This document shows positions 1-10,296 of a DNA stretch of 64,000 bases, piece after piece; within the stretch, counting starts at the first letter, position 1, and each line of letters starts with the position of its first letter. Below the pieces are notes generated by a model. It did not search any database and was not told the DNA's origin. It saw nothing but the letters and a program-made list of their open reading frames with translations. The DNA comes from an uncultured Verrucomicrobiae bacterium (GTDB lineage: Bacteria > Chlamydiota > Chlamydiia > Chlamydiales > Rhabdochlamydiaceae), in NCBI GenBank assembly GCA_963813135.1, contig CAWEXY010000021.1, forward strand, positions 32,001-96,000, in the 5' to 3' direction. The position numbers were made by a program, and so were the translations under genes.

Positions 1-26
1 TGAAGAAGATAAATATCTTTTCCTTG

Positions 27-3000
27 TTAACGCAGTCCATAACTAGGCTTGTCGGCCGTCCCACGCACCGTGAGGGCGAAGGGCTCTCCGAGCTTGAGCG
101 CGGCATCTTGCTTCATACGCAAGTTGAGATGGAGCTTGCCCTGCCAATCGATATAGGAAGGCTCGAAATCGGAGGCGAGGAAAAATTGTGAGCGCCGGCC
201 TTCGCTGAAAGAATTTTCAAGCTCGGTGATATAGATGCGCCCTTCTCGGAAGAGACATTTCACATCGCCGCTTTCGGGGCGGAAAAGATCAAAGTCCAGT
301 CCAAGGTCTTTCATCATCTTCAGAGGAATGTCGAAGATGGAGCTTTCTTTTTTCTCGCGGTTTGTAAAATGGAAGCTTCCTTTGCCGCGCAGCTGTAAAA
401 TATCATCGCCTTCGCAAAATAGATCGGTGAGGACCAATGACCGGATCTCAAACGGTTTTTCTTTCGAGGGCTTTCCATCGGCGGTGCGCAGGAGGCTGGG
501 TTTAAAATGATGCCCTTTCACAAGGGGGATATCGGTATCCCACGATCCTGTGATCGATTTGCGAATGGAAATTTGCTTCAATGAAAACTGTCCCGCCGGA
601 TCTTCAATTTGCAAGTTTGAGATGACCACGGCCTTAGGGGTAATGGTCATATCGCCCTTTAGTTGATGGAGCTGGCATCCCTTCAATGTAACTTCGTCTC
701 CCTGCACCTTTCCTGCAAAATGCCAACCGGCGGGTTCTTTTTTCCATGCGCCTTCCAGTTCGAGTCCGTTCATTTCTTTAAGAAAGGACGTCTTCGAGAA
801 GGCCGATAGACGAACTCCATCCTCGATTTTGACACGCCCGGCAAACCCTATATCCTTCCTTGCGACATCGAGCGACAACCCGTGCAATGTCCCTTGGCAT
901 TTTAACTCCTTGTCCCACGAAATCCTCAGGGCATCGCCGGCTGTCTTCAAATGCGCTTGGGAGGCTGTGAGGCGGATATGCAAAGGGAGATTAAATTCTT
1001 GCCAAGCAAGCTGCGCCTCCGGAATCTCGACACTCTCTTTTTGCATCTGCGCGAGCGGAGCAGATAACCGCCCCACAACTTTTTCCCCTTCTTTCGCGAT
1101 CAAAAGAATATCACGGCATCCAGAGCCATCCCAGATAAGAGGCGTCGGCGTCGAAAAAATGATCCCTGGCATTTCCTCGGCGGCAAGAGAAGAAATAGAA
1201 TAGGATTGATTTGCTATTGATCCATTGGCTCTCATCGTGTGCCATGCCAAGTCCCACACGATTCCGGAGTCCGTGAACATACATTTCAACCAGCGGGCGT
1301 TATCAGCCGAAAGCTCAAGCCGATATTGATTGTCCGGGGGGAGATGGCCTTTGCCGCTCAGTTTGAGCCCTGGATGGCCTTTTCTGGAGATCTCCACATC
1401 AAATTCTAAGGGCTTCGTCGGAATGTTTTCTAGCTTGGCGGCAGCGCTTTTAATAACCCAGCCGCCGGCCTTTGCTTGAAATTGGGAGACCACGGCCATC
1501 TGCGCTTCCGAGTCATACTCCAATAGCCCAGTTCCTTCTTGCAGCAAGCCAAAACCGACTTCTCTTAAGTTGGTTTTTACACGCCAAAAATAGTCAGTGC
1601 CCTCTACGCTATGATGGATGCGGCATTGCAGACCTTCTCTTTCTGAATAAAATTTGCCCGAAATGCCCGAGGGAAGAGATAAATGAGGCAGGATTTTGTT
1701 GAGATCCCCCTCTGCCATTTGAGATGTGAGCCGCAGGTCCCACTCCCCCTCTTTAACAAAGAGAAGCTGCATATCGCCAAGAAACGCCAATCCATCCCAT
1801 GCGCAGCTGATGTTGTTGCCGCTGATGCAATTTTCCGTAAATGTGAACTCGCCCTCTAGTCCTTTGATCTCTAGAGAAGCCTGGCTCAGCTCTCCGTCCC
1901 GCAATAAAAATCCGCCTTGCCATGCGCCCGTTGCAGCGTTCCAAGAAAAACGGCCCTCATCAAGCTGAGAGGCCGATAGGCACGCCTCCGGGATTGTTAG
2001 CGAAGGATGATCGATAGTAAAATGGCCCTCTACATGAGGACCTTGAATTTTTCCTCGGATGGACAGCTCGCCGTCCGCGAGAGCGCCTTTTAAAAACGGT
2101 GCGTAGAGTCCTTTGGTCGCTCGCGGGATTGTAAACCATCCGTGCTCGACCCTTTGCTCTTTATCGAGGCCTAAACCAAATTCACCCCGGTCCATATCGG
2201 TTTTGAAACTGCCTGTCGTATCGAGACGCCCGTCATGAAATATTCCCGATAAATCCACGTGGAGTATCTTTTCATAGGGGTCCGGCACTGATTGATGGAG
2301 AAGCTCGGCCCAAATCCTTAAGGGGGCCTCTAAAGCCGCCTGCAGCCGCAGCGCATCTAATCGGCCTTCGACCTTGATATCGCTCTTTACGCCTTCGATT
2401 TTGCAGGTAAATGTGCTGGGCTCAATGTTGCCGTCCACCACCTTCAAAACCCCCTGAAAATCCTCCAATCGCTTTTTGTTATAACTGAGCAGGCCTTGGC
2501 TTAGGCTTAGTTCGCATTGATGGATTTGATTTCCTATGAACGATCCATTCGATGACGCCGCTCCTAAAAATCCCTGAAATTGCATTTTGGGGATTTCAAA
2601 ATAGAGATCGCGCATAGATAAATTATGCCACTCGATATAAGGGATCGTTCCTTTTTCAATCCGGCTTTCGATGCGCCCTAGCACCGTTCCTTGGACAGCC
2701 TGAACATCTTCTAGCTCAGGCATGAAATAAGACATGGCCTTTAGGGTCTCTCGAAGGGCCGCTCCTTTCCAGTTCTCTAAATCTATTTTTACCGGGAAGA
2801 TATCCCAATCGCTGCATTTAACGGCAACCGTCGCTAAAGATTCCTCGGCTTTCAATCGCATTTCCAGCCAAGGTACTTGACCCTCTTCCAGCACTCCTTT
2901 GCCTTCCACGGTAAACGACAGTCCATCACCGATCCTTCCCTCCATCTCGAAAAGAGGCTCCTCTTGCGGGCTCAAATAAATATGCCCCCTTGCGCTATGC

Positions 3001-3863
3001 AGGAACAAAGGCGCGTTCATTTTTTGCAATCGAACATGGCCCTCTTCCCATGCAGCGGCGGCCAGCATTTGCTGCCAGAGCGCACCATGTTCCCCAGAAG
3101 GATAATGCAGGATCAGCTGCAGATGCCGCGCGTTAAAAGCCCTGTCTCCTCTTTCCCAGACGGCATTTTCTATAGACAGGTCGGCTTTGAGGGACTGCAC
3201 GGTAAATTGATGGTCGATGGCGATCTGGCCATCCAACCGAAGAACTCCTCCCATTTTGATCGCAGTTAGATGCGGCATCTGAAAAAAACGGACCAGCAGA
3301 TCCCCTGCATCGCAAATATCGATATCATGCATCGAACCGCGTACTTGCATCCCCTCCGCCGTTTGACGGACTTCCGCCACGATGGTGTTGCTGATATGGA
3401 GCTTCCCGATTTCTTCTCGAGTCTCTCCTGCGCAAAAAGAAAAGGCGGACGGCTGTTCTTTGCCATGAATAAAAATCTGCCCGCCGCTGACATTTAACCG
3501 CACGCCAAAATATTTCGTCGGGAGCAGCAAAGCCGCCAAAGCTGTATTATTTTCTTCAGGATTGATCTTGAGGCGCGCGCCTTCAATATCGACTTTGGGC
3601 TCTAGGTAAAAGGGGAAAAATTGCCAATTCCAATCGATTACCGCATGCTGCGCTGCGATCCCCTCGCCCAGTCGGACATTCTCATATCGAATTTCGTTTC
3701 CATGGATCTGCCGATGTTGATAGTGCAGCTTTTCGTGAGAGACGTAAGCCAGGGCCCGCTCCAAGACGGTGGCGATAAGAACGTGGCGGCAAGCAAACAC
3801 GCCCACGCTCAATCCGAAGAACATCAGAAGGACCCACGGCCATTTAGCTCTTTTTTGTTTCAT
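27..3863 (-). CDS. Large envelope protein, AsmA/TamB-like (bridge-type lipid transport superfamily) candidate
   Basis: 1278-aa ORF with a single N-terminal hydrophobic anchor (KWPWVLLMFFGLSVGVFA), followed by long Gly-rich amphipathic beta-strand sequence. The C-terminal 'LTVRGTADKPSY' resembles the AsmA/TamB-type 'xxGTxxxP' ending. Confidence 0.5.
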   Translation of the reverse strand: MKQKRAKWPWVLLMFFGLSVGVFACRHVLIATVLERALAYVSHEKLHYQHRQIHGNEIRYENVRLGEGIAAQHAVIDWNWQFFPFYLEPKVDIEGARLKINPEENNTALAALLLPTKYFGVRLNVSGGQIFIHGKEQPSAFSFCAGETREEIGKLHISNTIVAEVRQTAEGMQVRGSMHDIDICDAGDLLVRFFQMPHLTAIKMGGVLRLDGQIAIDHQFTVQSLKADLSIENAVWERGDRAFNARHLQLILHYPSGEHGALWQQMLAAAAWEEGHVRLQKMNAPLFLHSARGHIYLSPQEEPLFEMEGRIGDGLSFTVEGKGVLEEGQVPWLEMRLKAEESLATVAVKCSDWDIFPVKIDLENWKGAALRETLKAMSYFMPELEDVQAVQGTVLGRIESRIEKGTIPYIEWHNLSMRDLYFEIPKMQFQGFLGAASSNGSFIGNQIHQCELSLSQGLLSYNKKRLEDFQGVLKVVDGNIEPSTFTCKIEGVKSDIKVEGRLDALRLQAALEAPLRIWAELLHQSVPDPYEKILHVDLSGIFHDGRLDTTGSFKTDMDRGEFGLGLDKEQRVEHGWFTIPRATKGLYAPFLKGALADGELSIRGKIQGPHVEGHFTIDHPSLTIPEACLSASQLDEGRFSWNAATGAWQGGFLLRDGELSQASLEIKGLEGEFTFTENCISGNNISCAWDGLAFLGDMQLLFVKEGEWDLRLTSQMAEGDLNKILPHLSLPSGISGKFYSEREGLQCRIHHSVEGTDYFWRVKTNLREVGFGLLQEGTGLLEYDSEAQMAVVSQFQAKAGGWVIKSAAAKLENIPTKPLEFDVEISRKGHPGLKLSGKGHLPPDNQYRLELSADNARWLKCMFTDSGIVWDLAWHTMRANGSIANQSYSISSLAAEEMPGIIFSTPTPLIWDGSGCRDILLIAKEGEKVVGRLSAPLAQMQKESVEIPEAQLAWQEFNLPLHIRLTASQAHLKTAGDALRISWDKELKCQGTLHGLSLDVARKDIGFAGRVKIEDGVRLSAFSKTSFLKEMNGLELEGAWKKEPAGWHFAGKVQGDEVTLKGCQLHQLKGDMTITPKAVVISNLQIEDPAGQFSLKQISIRKSITGSWDTDIPLVKGHHFKPSLLRTADGKPSKEKPFEIRSLVLTDLFCEGDDILQLRGKGSFHFTNREKKESSIFDIPLKMMKDLGLDFDLFRPESGDVKCLFREGRIYITELENSFSEGRRSQFFLASDFEPSYIDWQGKLHLNLRMKQDAALKLGEPFALTVRGTADKPSYGLR

Positions 3864-3977
3864 AGGTTCTAAAAAGCCCTATATTACGTACAGAGCTCAA
3901 AAAAAGTAAATGCGCGAGTTATAATTGAAAAAAACTCGGCCAAGGCATATAAAATACTCATCCAAAGGGAGAACTCT

Positions 3978-4709
3978 ATGCCAAGAATAGAACCGACTGC
4001 TGTCAAACTTCCCACGTTTCCTTTCGCCTTCAAAGCTCCTTCATTTCCCTCATTGCCATTTCCGAACTTGAATGTTGGCCGCGCGCTCACAGGGCGCAAT
4101 CTGATCATTCTAACGGCCGCAGCCGTCGGCATAGCCCTTTTCATGATCGCTTTTAAAATCCGTGATATATTACATGCGCCAGCATCTCCGCAGGCTCCAG
4201 TGCTAGGAGCTCCACAAGCTGCTGTGCGATTAGGGAATTCAATTCTTGACGGGCTCTTTAAGATTGCGAAAGAACCTAATGAAGCCACGCTTAATCAGGT
4301 ACAAAAGGACATAGAAGTTTTGAATGAACTTATACTAAAAGTAATGGGATCTATAGACTCCGCGCAGAATGATATTAAAATTGATCCTAAGCTTCTGCAA
4401 GAGGCGGATTATTGTGATTTGGCAATCGTTCTTCAAAACTTAGAAACAGCACCAAAGCCTTTATCTGATCTTGTCATCAAAAAATTCCAAGAACGCTTAA
4501 AAACTGCTTTTTCTCAACAGTTTGAAGCTGATCGCACTATTGATCAAGCAAAGACAAACCTAATACAAGCTCATGCATTCCTTGGCTTGGTAAGCTCACC
4601 AAAATCGACGCATCAGATTTTCAACCACAGAAATAGGGATGTTCAATTTGATCCCCGTACTCTTCAAATCCTATCTGAGGCTTTCTACTCTGCGCTTGAG
4701 AAGCCTTAG
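3978..4709 (+). CDS. Hypothetical protein with one TM segment (possible secreted or membrane effector)
   Basis: 243-aa ORF with RBS-like AGGGAG upstream, a Pro/Phe-rich N-terminus, a hydrophobic stretch LIILTAAAVGIALFMIAF and a helical C-terminus. It lies opposite to its neighbours. Confidence 0.6.
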   Translation: MPRIEPTAVKLPTFPFAFKAPSFPSLPFPNLNVGRALTGRNLIILTAAAVGIALFMIAFKIRDILHAPASPQAPVLGAPQAAVRLGNSILDGLFKIAKEPNEATLNQVQKDIEVLNELILKVMGSIDSAQNDIKIDPKLLQEADYCDLAIVLQNLETAPKPLSDLVIKKFQERLKTAFSQQFEADRTIDQAKTNLIQAHAFLGLVSSPKSTHQIFNHRNRDVQFDPRTLQILSEAFYSALEKP

Positions 4710-5065
4710 AAAGGCTCTCTAAGGAGCTCGACATATTGCGCCTTTGTCAGCAGGCGTTCGAGCTCCGAGGGGTCCTCGGGCGCCATCTTAAAGAGCCAGC
4801 CCGATTCCTCAGGATCCGTATTAAGAAGTGAGGGGGTGTCCTGCAGGGCATCGTTGATCGCGATGACCATCCCCGAAACAGGAGCATAGATATCAGCAGC
4901 AGCTTTGGTCGATTCAAGAACGGCCGCTTCTTTGCCTGCCGTTAATCTTGTTCCAACGGGAGGGAGTTGCACAAAGACGATATCGCCCAATTCCTTTTGC
5001 GCATGGGCTGTGATGCCTACAGTACCATCTTCTGCGATCCATTCATGGGAGTCGGTGTATTTCAT
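4706..5065 (-). CDS. gcvH: Glycine cleavage system H protein (lipoyl carrier)
   Basis: Motifs KYTDSHEW, VGITAHAQKELGDIVFV, lipoyl-Lys ESTKAAADIYAPVSG and GWLFKM. Start moved to ATG 5065, which forms an ATGA overlap with the upstream stop. Confidence 0.95.
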   Translation of the reverse strand: MKYTDSHEWIAEDGTVGITAHAQKELGDIVFVQLPPVGTRLTAGKEAAVLESTKAAADIYAPVSGMVIAINDALQDTPSLLNTDPEESGWLFKMAPEDPSELERLLTKAQYVELLREPF

Positions 5066-5688
5066 GAAGACCTCTTGAGATATATTGTGGCCCAAAGGCT
5101 GGGCTGGTGTTCGACGGCAAAAAAGAGAGAAGAGAGGGTAAGGTGCTGCGGCGGTCCGCCGGCACGGTGCAGCGTGTAGGTGAAGCCGAGGCGGTCGAAA
5201 GCGGCGGGATCAAAGCCATGGAGGACATGGGCAGGAAATAGAATTTGAAGGGCATAGCCCTTGAGGGCGAAGGTGGGCTTCACGACGATGTCATTTCCGT
5301 CCGCGAGAGGATGGGTGTCATCGGTGCGGAACCTTGTGAGTTCGAGGCATTGGACGCCTTGGACTTCTTTGGGAAGTACGAGGAAGTGATGGCAAAAGCG
5401 GGTGGGAAAGCCGGCCGTTTTAAGGTCGCGGGTGTCGAAGAAAAATTCAAACGCATCGCCGGTTTTGTAATCGGGATACACGACATCTTTTAGGGAATGT
5501 TTGACGCGCACTTCGAGAGCTATTCCTTCCCGTGTCCAGGCAAAATGGACATCGGCGAAGGCAGTTTCTCCAAAAAGCTCGGAGGTGGAAGGGAGCGATT
5601 TCCCTTTTTTTCCTTCGGGCACATCGATAGATAGCCCGAAAAAATGCATCGGAGGGGTCGGCGGTAAAGTTTCGAGAAGCTCGCTCAC
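5062..5688 (-). CDS. Hypothetical protein, CBM9/DOMON-like beta-sandwich
   Basis: 208 aa. Patterns 'FADVHFAW..EGIALEV', 'GDAFEFFFDTRD', 'GYALQILFPAHVL.GFDP' and 'PSLWATI' resemble CBM9-like proteins. Translationally coupled on both sides. Confidence 0.55.
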   Translation of the reverse strand: MSELLETLPPTPPMHFFGLSIDVPEGKKGKSLPSTSELFGETAFADVHFAWTREGIALEVRVKHSLKDVVYPDYKTGDAFEFFFDTRDLKTAGFPTRFCHHFLVLPKEVQGVQCLELTRFRTDDTHPLADGNDIVVKPTFALKGYALQILFPAHVLHGFDPAAFDRLGFTYTLHRAGGPPQHLTLSSLFFAVEHQPSLWATIYLKRSS

Positions 5689-7873
5689 ATTTTCTCCATA
5701 GAGTCGAGAATTTGCTGCATAAGGAAGCGATGGGCGTCGAGGCTGAGGATCTTTTGTCCCATGTCGACATTATCAGCGACTTGCTCGGGGGCCTCCCCAG
5801 GCTGAGCAGACGGAAAAAGCAGAGATCTCCGGTGATGGGGGTTTGGACTTGGGACCACGATCCGACAGCTGTAGCAAAAAGATCGTCGGGGGAAATCGAA
5901 TGATGCTCCGAGCGTTTAACGTCGGTAGTGCTGCGTACGAGCTTCCACTGATCGATGAGGCGATCGCCGGTCGTCTGCAGATAGGGAGAAGCCTCCCCCT
6001 GCTCACGAATGCTCTGTAGCGCAGCGCTCATATGCCCCGTAAGGCGATGCGAGCTGTAATATTCCAGGCCGACTTTCTCGGAAGTGATGGTGCCCAAAAG
6101 ATCGGCATAGACTTTGCTGCCTACGAGGTCTTTGACTTGGGCAAAGGGTTTGTAATTGCCGCCGGGCAGTTGGAAGAGAGCTGCGTCTTTGCGGCGCACA
6201 TCGGCGTAGGCATTTTCAAGCTGTTTATCGAGGAGGCGGCCCAGGTAATCGTTTTGGCTCGCTTCTTCGTAGGTCATGACTTGCTTTTCAGCGAGGGGCT
6301 CTAAGAGAGTGACGCGGTAATAAGTTTCGTTGTTGGGCGTAAACGAAAAAGTCTCGTTTAAAGAAACAGCACGCAATTTGTCGAGAAGAGGTTTGGTATC
6401 TTCGACATCCGAGAAAGGATGGACGGCGCCGCGGCCATGAAGACTGACCTCCAGTTCGGCAGCTTGTGTATTTTGGAGCTCCGCCGCTAGCCATTCGGGG
6501 CGGGCCGTTACGATACATTGGCGGGCATATTGATCGACTTTAGCGCGCTGCTGGGCCTCAAGAGCATCGACCGCGGCTGTACGCTCGTCGGGAGTTTTAG
6601 CTTTAGCGCGGCCCAGAATCGGAAATTCTTTTTGGAGGAGCTGCCACCCGGCGTCGCTGGCCTCCCATTCCCAAGTCTCTCTCAGAGAAATGCGGGCGGT
6701 GAGATCTTCCTTTTTGATTTTAGAGACGCGGAGGCGGGCCCTTGTATGGACAAGCTCAGGGCACCGTTTTTCGACTTCCTCAATGGAATAAAATTGGGCG
6801 GGAAGTTTGGGGCCGCGGGCTTTGGGCGCAACGTTATCCAAATAATATTGCAGCTTGAGGAGCGAGCGGAAATTAGACAGCCGCAGATGAGCAGGAAGCT
6901 GATAGAGCTCGACGGAGGCGCTTTCGCCGGCATAAGCGGCAATCTGTTGATAGGAGAGGGGGTCGACAAACACGCTCTGGCCCACAGCGTCGAAGAGGCG
7001 TCTATAAAGAATGACATTTTTCCAGACGGCAATGGCGCTGGGCATGTCGAGGCCGCTATAGCGGAGCTGGTACTCTAAAAATTCTTCGGCATCGGCGTAC
7101 GTCACCTCTTTTTTAGAAGCGAGGGACTGGAGGAGGGTGCGGGCGTTCTGCAAGAGATCGACACGGGTCTCTTCGGTCGAAATAGCATATCCTTTTTGCT
7201 CTGCCATGCGCGCTCCATTGATGAGAAAAATGGCGAGGCGGTTCATGAAGGCTGTCCCCAGCCAATCTTCCAGCGTCTGGAAGTTCATGAGGGCCAGCGG
7301 CTGCTCTTCGCTCAGCCTGGGGTCGGGTTGGATATTATTGTATTGTCTTTGCTGATAAAGCAGGATCCTGCGCAATACATCGGGCGAAAAGGCGGATTGG
7401 TCCAGATAAAGCTGGCAAAGCAGAGCGAAAGAGTCGGGGCTGGCCTCCATTTTTTTGAGCTGCGACAAGTGCTCGGGAAGGGTGGGGATGAATCGCTTCC
7501 AAACTTCTTCGGCGCTCAAGTAAGGGGCCTGGGGATGCTGATAAGGGCGGAATCTGCGGACTTTTTCTAAACGTGCGACGAGGTCGGGCTTGATCTCATC
7601 GAAATTGCGCTCAGCCAGCATGGTGGCCATGCCGGTAGAAAGAAAGTCTGTTTCTATTGCGCGGGGGTTCACGTGGGAGAAAAAGAGGATCATCGCGTGC
7701 ACTTCGCGGTCTGTAATCGAGGAGCCGTCGAGGGCCTTGCCGATTTTGCGCTCGGGCATAGGGGCCCTAGTGTCCATGGCGCCCGATGTTCCAAAAAACA
7801 AAAACGAGGCGATGGTGATCACCGCGATCACCAAAAACAAGATACGCTGATGCTTTCTCAAAAATGTTAACAT
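5685..7873 (-). CDS. Conserved chlamydial protein (CT283-like) with SurA/PpiD-type N-terminal anchor; 1-nt frameshift near the C-terminus
   Basis: N-terminus MLTFLRKHQRILFLVIAVITIASFLFFG is PpiD/SurA_N-like, and the gene sits between gcvH and lplA as CT283 does. Adding one base in the homopolymers at 5787-5798 gives ...EQVADNVDMGQKILSLDAHRFLMQQILDSMEKM*, ending at 5685 in a GTGA overlap with the next gene. This replaces the roughly 240-bp overlap of the called 5447..7873 ORF. Confidence 0.75.
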
Positions 7874-7899
7874 ATTATACCTGAGTTTGCGAACTGGGG

Positions 7900-7973
7900 A
7901 GAGATTTTAACGCAGAGGCTCAAAGTTGCAAAAGATATCTTAGCGTCTTTGCGCCTTTGCGTTAAAACTCTCT
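7900..7973. repeat. Intergenic imperfect palindrome (REP-like hairpin)
   Basis: Arms AGAGATTTTAACGCAGAGGCTCAAAG and CTTTGCGCCTTTGCGTTAAAACTCTCT are near-complementary (about 26 bp) and lie just downstream of proS. Confidence 0.7.
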
Positions 7974-7999
7974 CTTTGCCCCCTTCGACTTTATTCATT

Positions 8000-9505
8000 T
8001 TAATAGGCCTTTGCGAAAATTACGCGCTGATGGCTTTTTTTGCCGGTAAAGGGACATTTCCCTTCTTCTTTTTCGGCATCCAGAGGAATGCACCGGATAG
8101 TCACGCCCAAATCTTCTTTTGTTTTTTTCTCGATATCGGGATCGCCGCCCCAATGTGCAAGCGCAAATCCCCCATGGATCTCGGGATTTTCTGCATTTTT
8201 GGGGGTGAAAAACCGATAAAACTCTTCCTTGCTGTCGATTTTGACCGTGTTCGCATCGCGGTATTTCTCGGCCCGGGCATAAAGATTGTCTTGGATATCT
8301 TGAAGGATATCGGAGATGGCGGCGACGAGCTGTCCGCGGGAGAGCTGGGCTTTTTCGCTCGGAGCCTTGTCACGGCGGGCCACAGGGAATTTATCATTGG
8401 CGATATCGCGGGGGCCGACCTCGATCCGAACAGGAACGCCCTTCTTGATCCAGCCCCACATCTTATCGCCGCCGCGCATATCGCGCTCATCGACGATCAC
8501 GTTGAGGGGTTTTCCATCGAAAAGAACGTGGCGGAGTTCGCCGGCGAGCGCATGGCAAAAATGGATCACTTCGGCGCGCGTCTCTTCTTTATGGATGACC
8601 GGGAGGAGAACAATGTGAGACGAAGCAATTTTAGGAGGAAGAACGAGGCCGTCGTCATCGCTATGGGTCATAACGAGCGCGCCGATAAGACGGGTGGTCG
8701 AGCCCCAGGACGTCGTCCAAACAAGCGACTCTTGCCCGTCTGCGCCGCGGAACTTGATATTTGATGCTTTGGCAAAATTTTGGCCTAAAAAATGGGACGT
8801 CCCGCACTGGAGCGCTTTGCGATCTTGCATCATCCCTTCAATCGTAAAGGTGCTCACTGCGCCCGGGAATCTCTCCGTCGGCGTCTTCTCCCCGCGGATC
8901 ACCGGGAGCGCCAATGACTTTTTAGCAAACTCTTCATAGACCATGAGCATGCGCATCGTCTCTTCGAGCGCCTCTTCAGCCGTCGCATGGGCGGTATGCC
9001 CTTCTTGCCAAAGGAATTCCGTCGTCCGCAAAAAAAGACGCGTCCGCAGTTCCCATCTGACGATATTGGCCCATTGATTGATGAGAAGAGGCAGATCGCG
9101 ATAAGAGGTGATCCACTTGGAAAACATCTCGCCGATGATCGTCTCCGATGTGGGGCGGATGATGAGAGGCTCTTCGAGCTCTCCGGCCGGTACCAGCTTG
9201 CCATCTTTGCCGGCTTCTAGCCGGTGGTGGGTGACGACGGCGCATTCTTTGGCAAACCCCTCCACGTGCTCGGCTTCTCTCTCTAGATAACTGAGCGGAA
9301 TAAACAGCGGGAAATAAGCATTCTGATGTCCCGTTTCTTTAAACCGCTGATCGAGGATCCTCTGCATATTCTCCCAGATCGCATAACCCCAAGGCTTGAT
9401 GACCATACAGCCGCGCACAGGCGAGTGCTCGGCGAGATCCTTCACCACCTCTTGGTACCAATCAGGATAATTCTCATCGCGTCTTGGGCTAATCGCAGTT
9501 TTCAT
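8000..9505 (-). CDS. proS: Proline--tRNA ligase, archaeal/eukaryotic-like type
   Basis: Motifs PWGYAIWE, HVEGFAKE, IRPTSET, NQWANIVRWE, FLRTTEFLWQEGHT, GTSHFLGQNFAKA and SWGSTTRLIG, C-terminal FAKAY, and no INS editing domain. Confidence 0.97.
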   Translation of the reverse strand: MKTAISPRRDENYPDWYQEVVKDLAEHSPVRGCMVIKPWGYAIWENMQRILDQRFKETGHQNAYFPLFIPLSYLEREAEHVEGFAKECAVVTHHRLEAGKDGKLVPAGELEEPLIIRPTSETIIGEMFSKWITSYRDLPLLINQWANIVRWELRTRLFLRTTEFLWQEGHTAHATAEEALEETMRMLMVYEEFAKKSLALPVIRGEKTPTERFPGAVSTFTIEGMMQDRKALQCGTSHFLGQNFAKASNIKFRGADGQESLVWTTSWGSTTRLIGALVMTHSDDDGLVLPPKIASSHIVLLPVIHKEETRAEVIHFCHALAGELRHVLFDGKPLNVIVDERDMRGGDKMWGWIKKGVPVRIEVGPRDIANDKFPVARRDKAPSEKAQLSRGQLVAAISDILQDIQDNLYARAEKYRDANTVKIDSKEEFYRFFTPKNAENPEIHGGFALAHWGGDPDIEKKTKEDLGVTIRCIPLDAEKEEGKCPFTGKKSHQRVIFAKAY

Positions 9506-10202
9506 CGATAAATTCTTTTCTCAAATGTTGTTTTAATTCGTTTCTAGCTTCTTGTAGGCTTTTTGGGCCCATCAAGGGATACGTGTGCGCCATCATCGCT
9601 GCGGCGATTCCCCCGTCGTGGAGAACATCTCTCAAAATGTCCATCTCCGGCATCATGAGCGCGATCGTCCCCTGGTGCAAAAAACCCTGTCTCGTTTTGC
9701 GCTGTGCGGCGCCGGCGATCTTCCGCCCTTGCAGCACCACATCATATTTCGTCGGCTGGGCCATACAAAATCGCTTGCAGTCTTCCATCGCTGCCGCGTG
9801 GTCCGTGGGCGTCAAAGAAAACTCTTTTTCCTCTCCCAAAAATTTTTGGACAGCGCGCAAAACGGCCTGGTTCACAAAAGCATAATTGTCCAAGGTATTT
9901 AAGGAAAAGAAGTTCGATTGCGCCGGCACCAACACCGAAAAGGCCAAATCCCACAGATGGAAGACGATCCCCCCTCCCGTGGGGCGCCGAGCGCAATCGA
10001 TCCCCCGCGCCTCGGCGGACGATAAATTCAAAAATTTACTTGGCTCGATAAAATGGCCATACGTGATGCTGGGCCGCTCCCACTCATAGAAATGCAAGAT
10101 CGGCTGCTGAACCTTCTCTAACATCTCGGCATCGAGGCGCATATTTTTCTCCGCAGAAGCCGCGCCCGTATCGATTTCTAACCATTGCATCCCGCCCATC
10201 AT
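9489..10202 (-). CDS. lplA: Lipoate-protein ligase A / LipM-like biotin-lipoate ligase family
   Basis: Motifs NMRLD, RRPTGGGIVFH, KIAGAAQRK and LHQGTI. Syntenic with gcvH and clpC. Confidence 0.85.
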   Translation of the reverse strand: MMGGMQWLEIDTGAASAEKNMRLDAEMLEKVQQPILHFYEWERPSITYGHFIEPSKFLNLSSAEARGIDCARRPTGGGIVFHLWDLAFSVLVPAQSNFFSLNTLDNYAFVNQAVLRAVQKFLGEEKEFSLTPTDHAAAMEDCKRFCMAQPTKYDVVLQGRKIAGAAQRKTRQGFLHQGTIALMMPEMDILRDVLHDGGIAAAMMAHTYPLMGPKSLQEARNELKQHLRKEFIDENCD

Positions 10203-10296
10203 ATATTACAGTACATTAAAAAAAAACTTGCTATTCTCGCGCAAATTTGCCAATAAAAGGCTTAACACATAAAATAGGCCACGGGGGACGTTCATT

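Noticed and set aside
5447..5684. C-terminal extension of the 808-aa ORF
   Set aside because: Explained by a 1-nt frameshift; it overlaps a better-supported gene.
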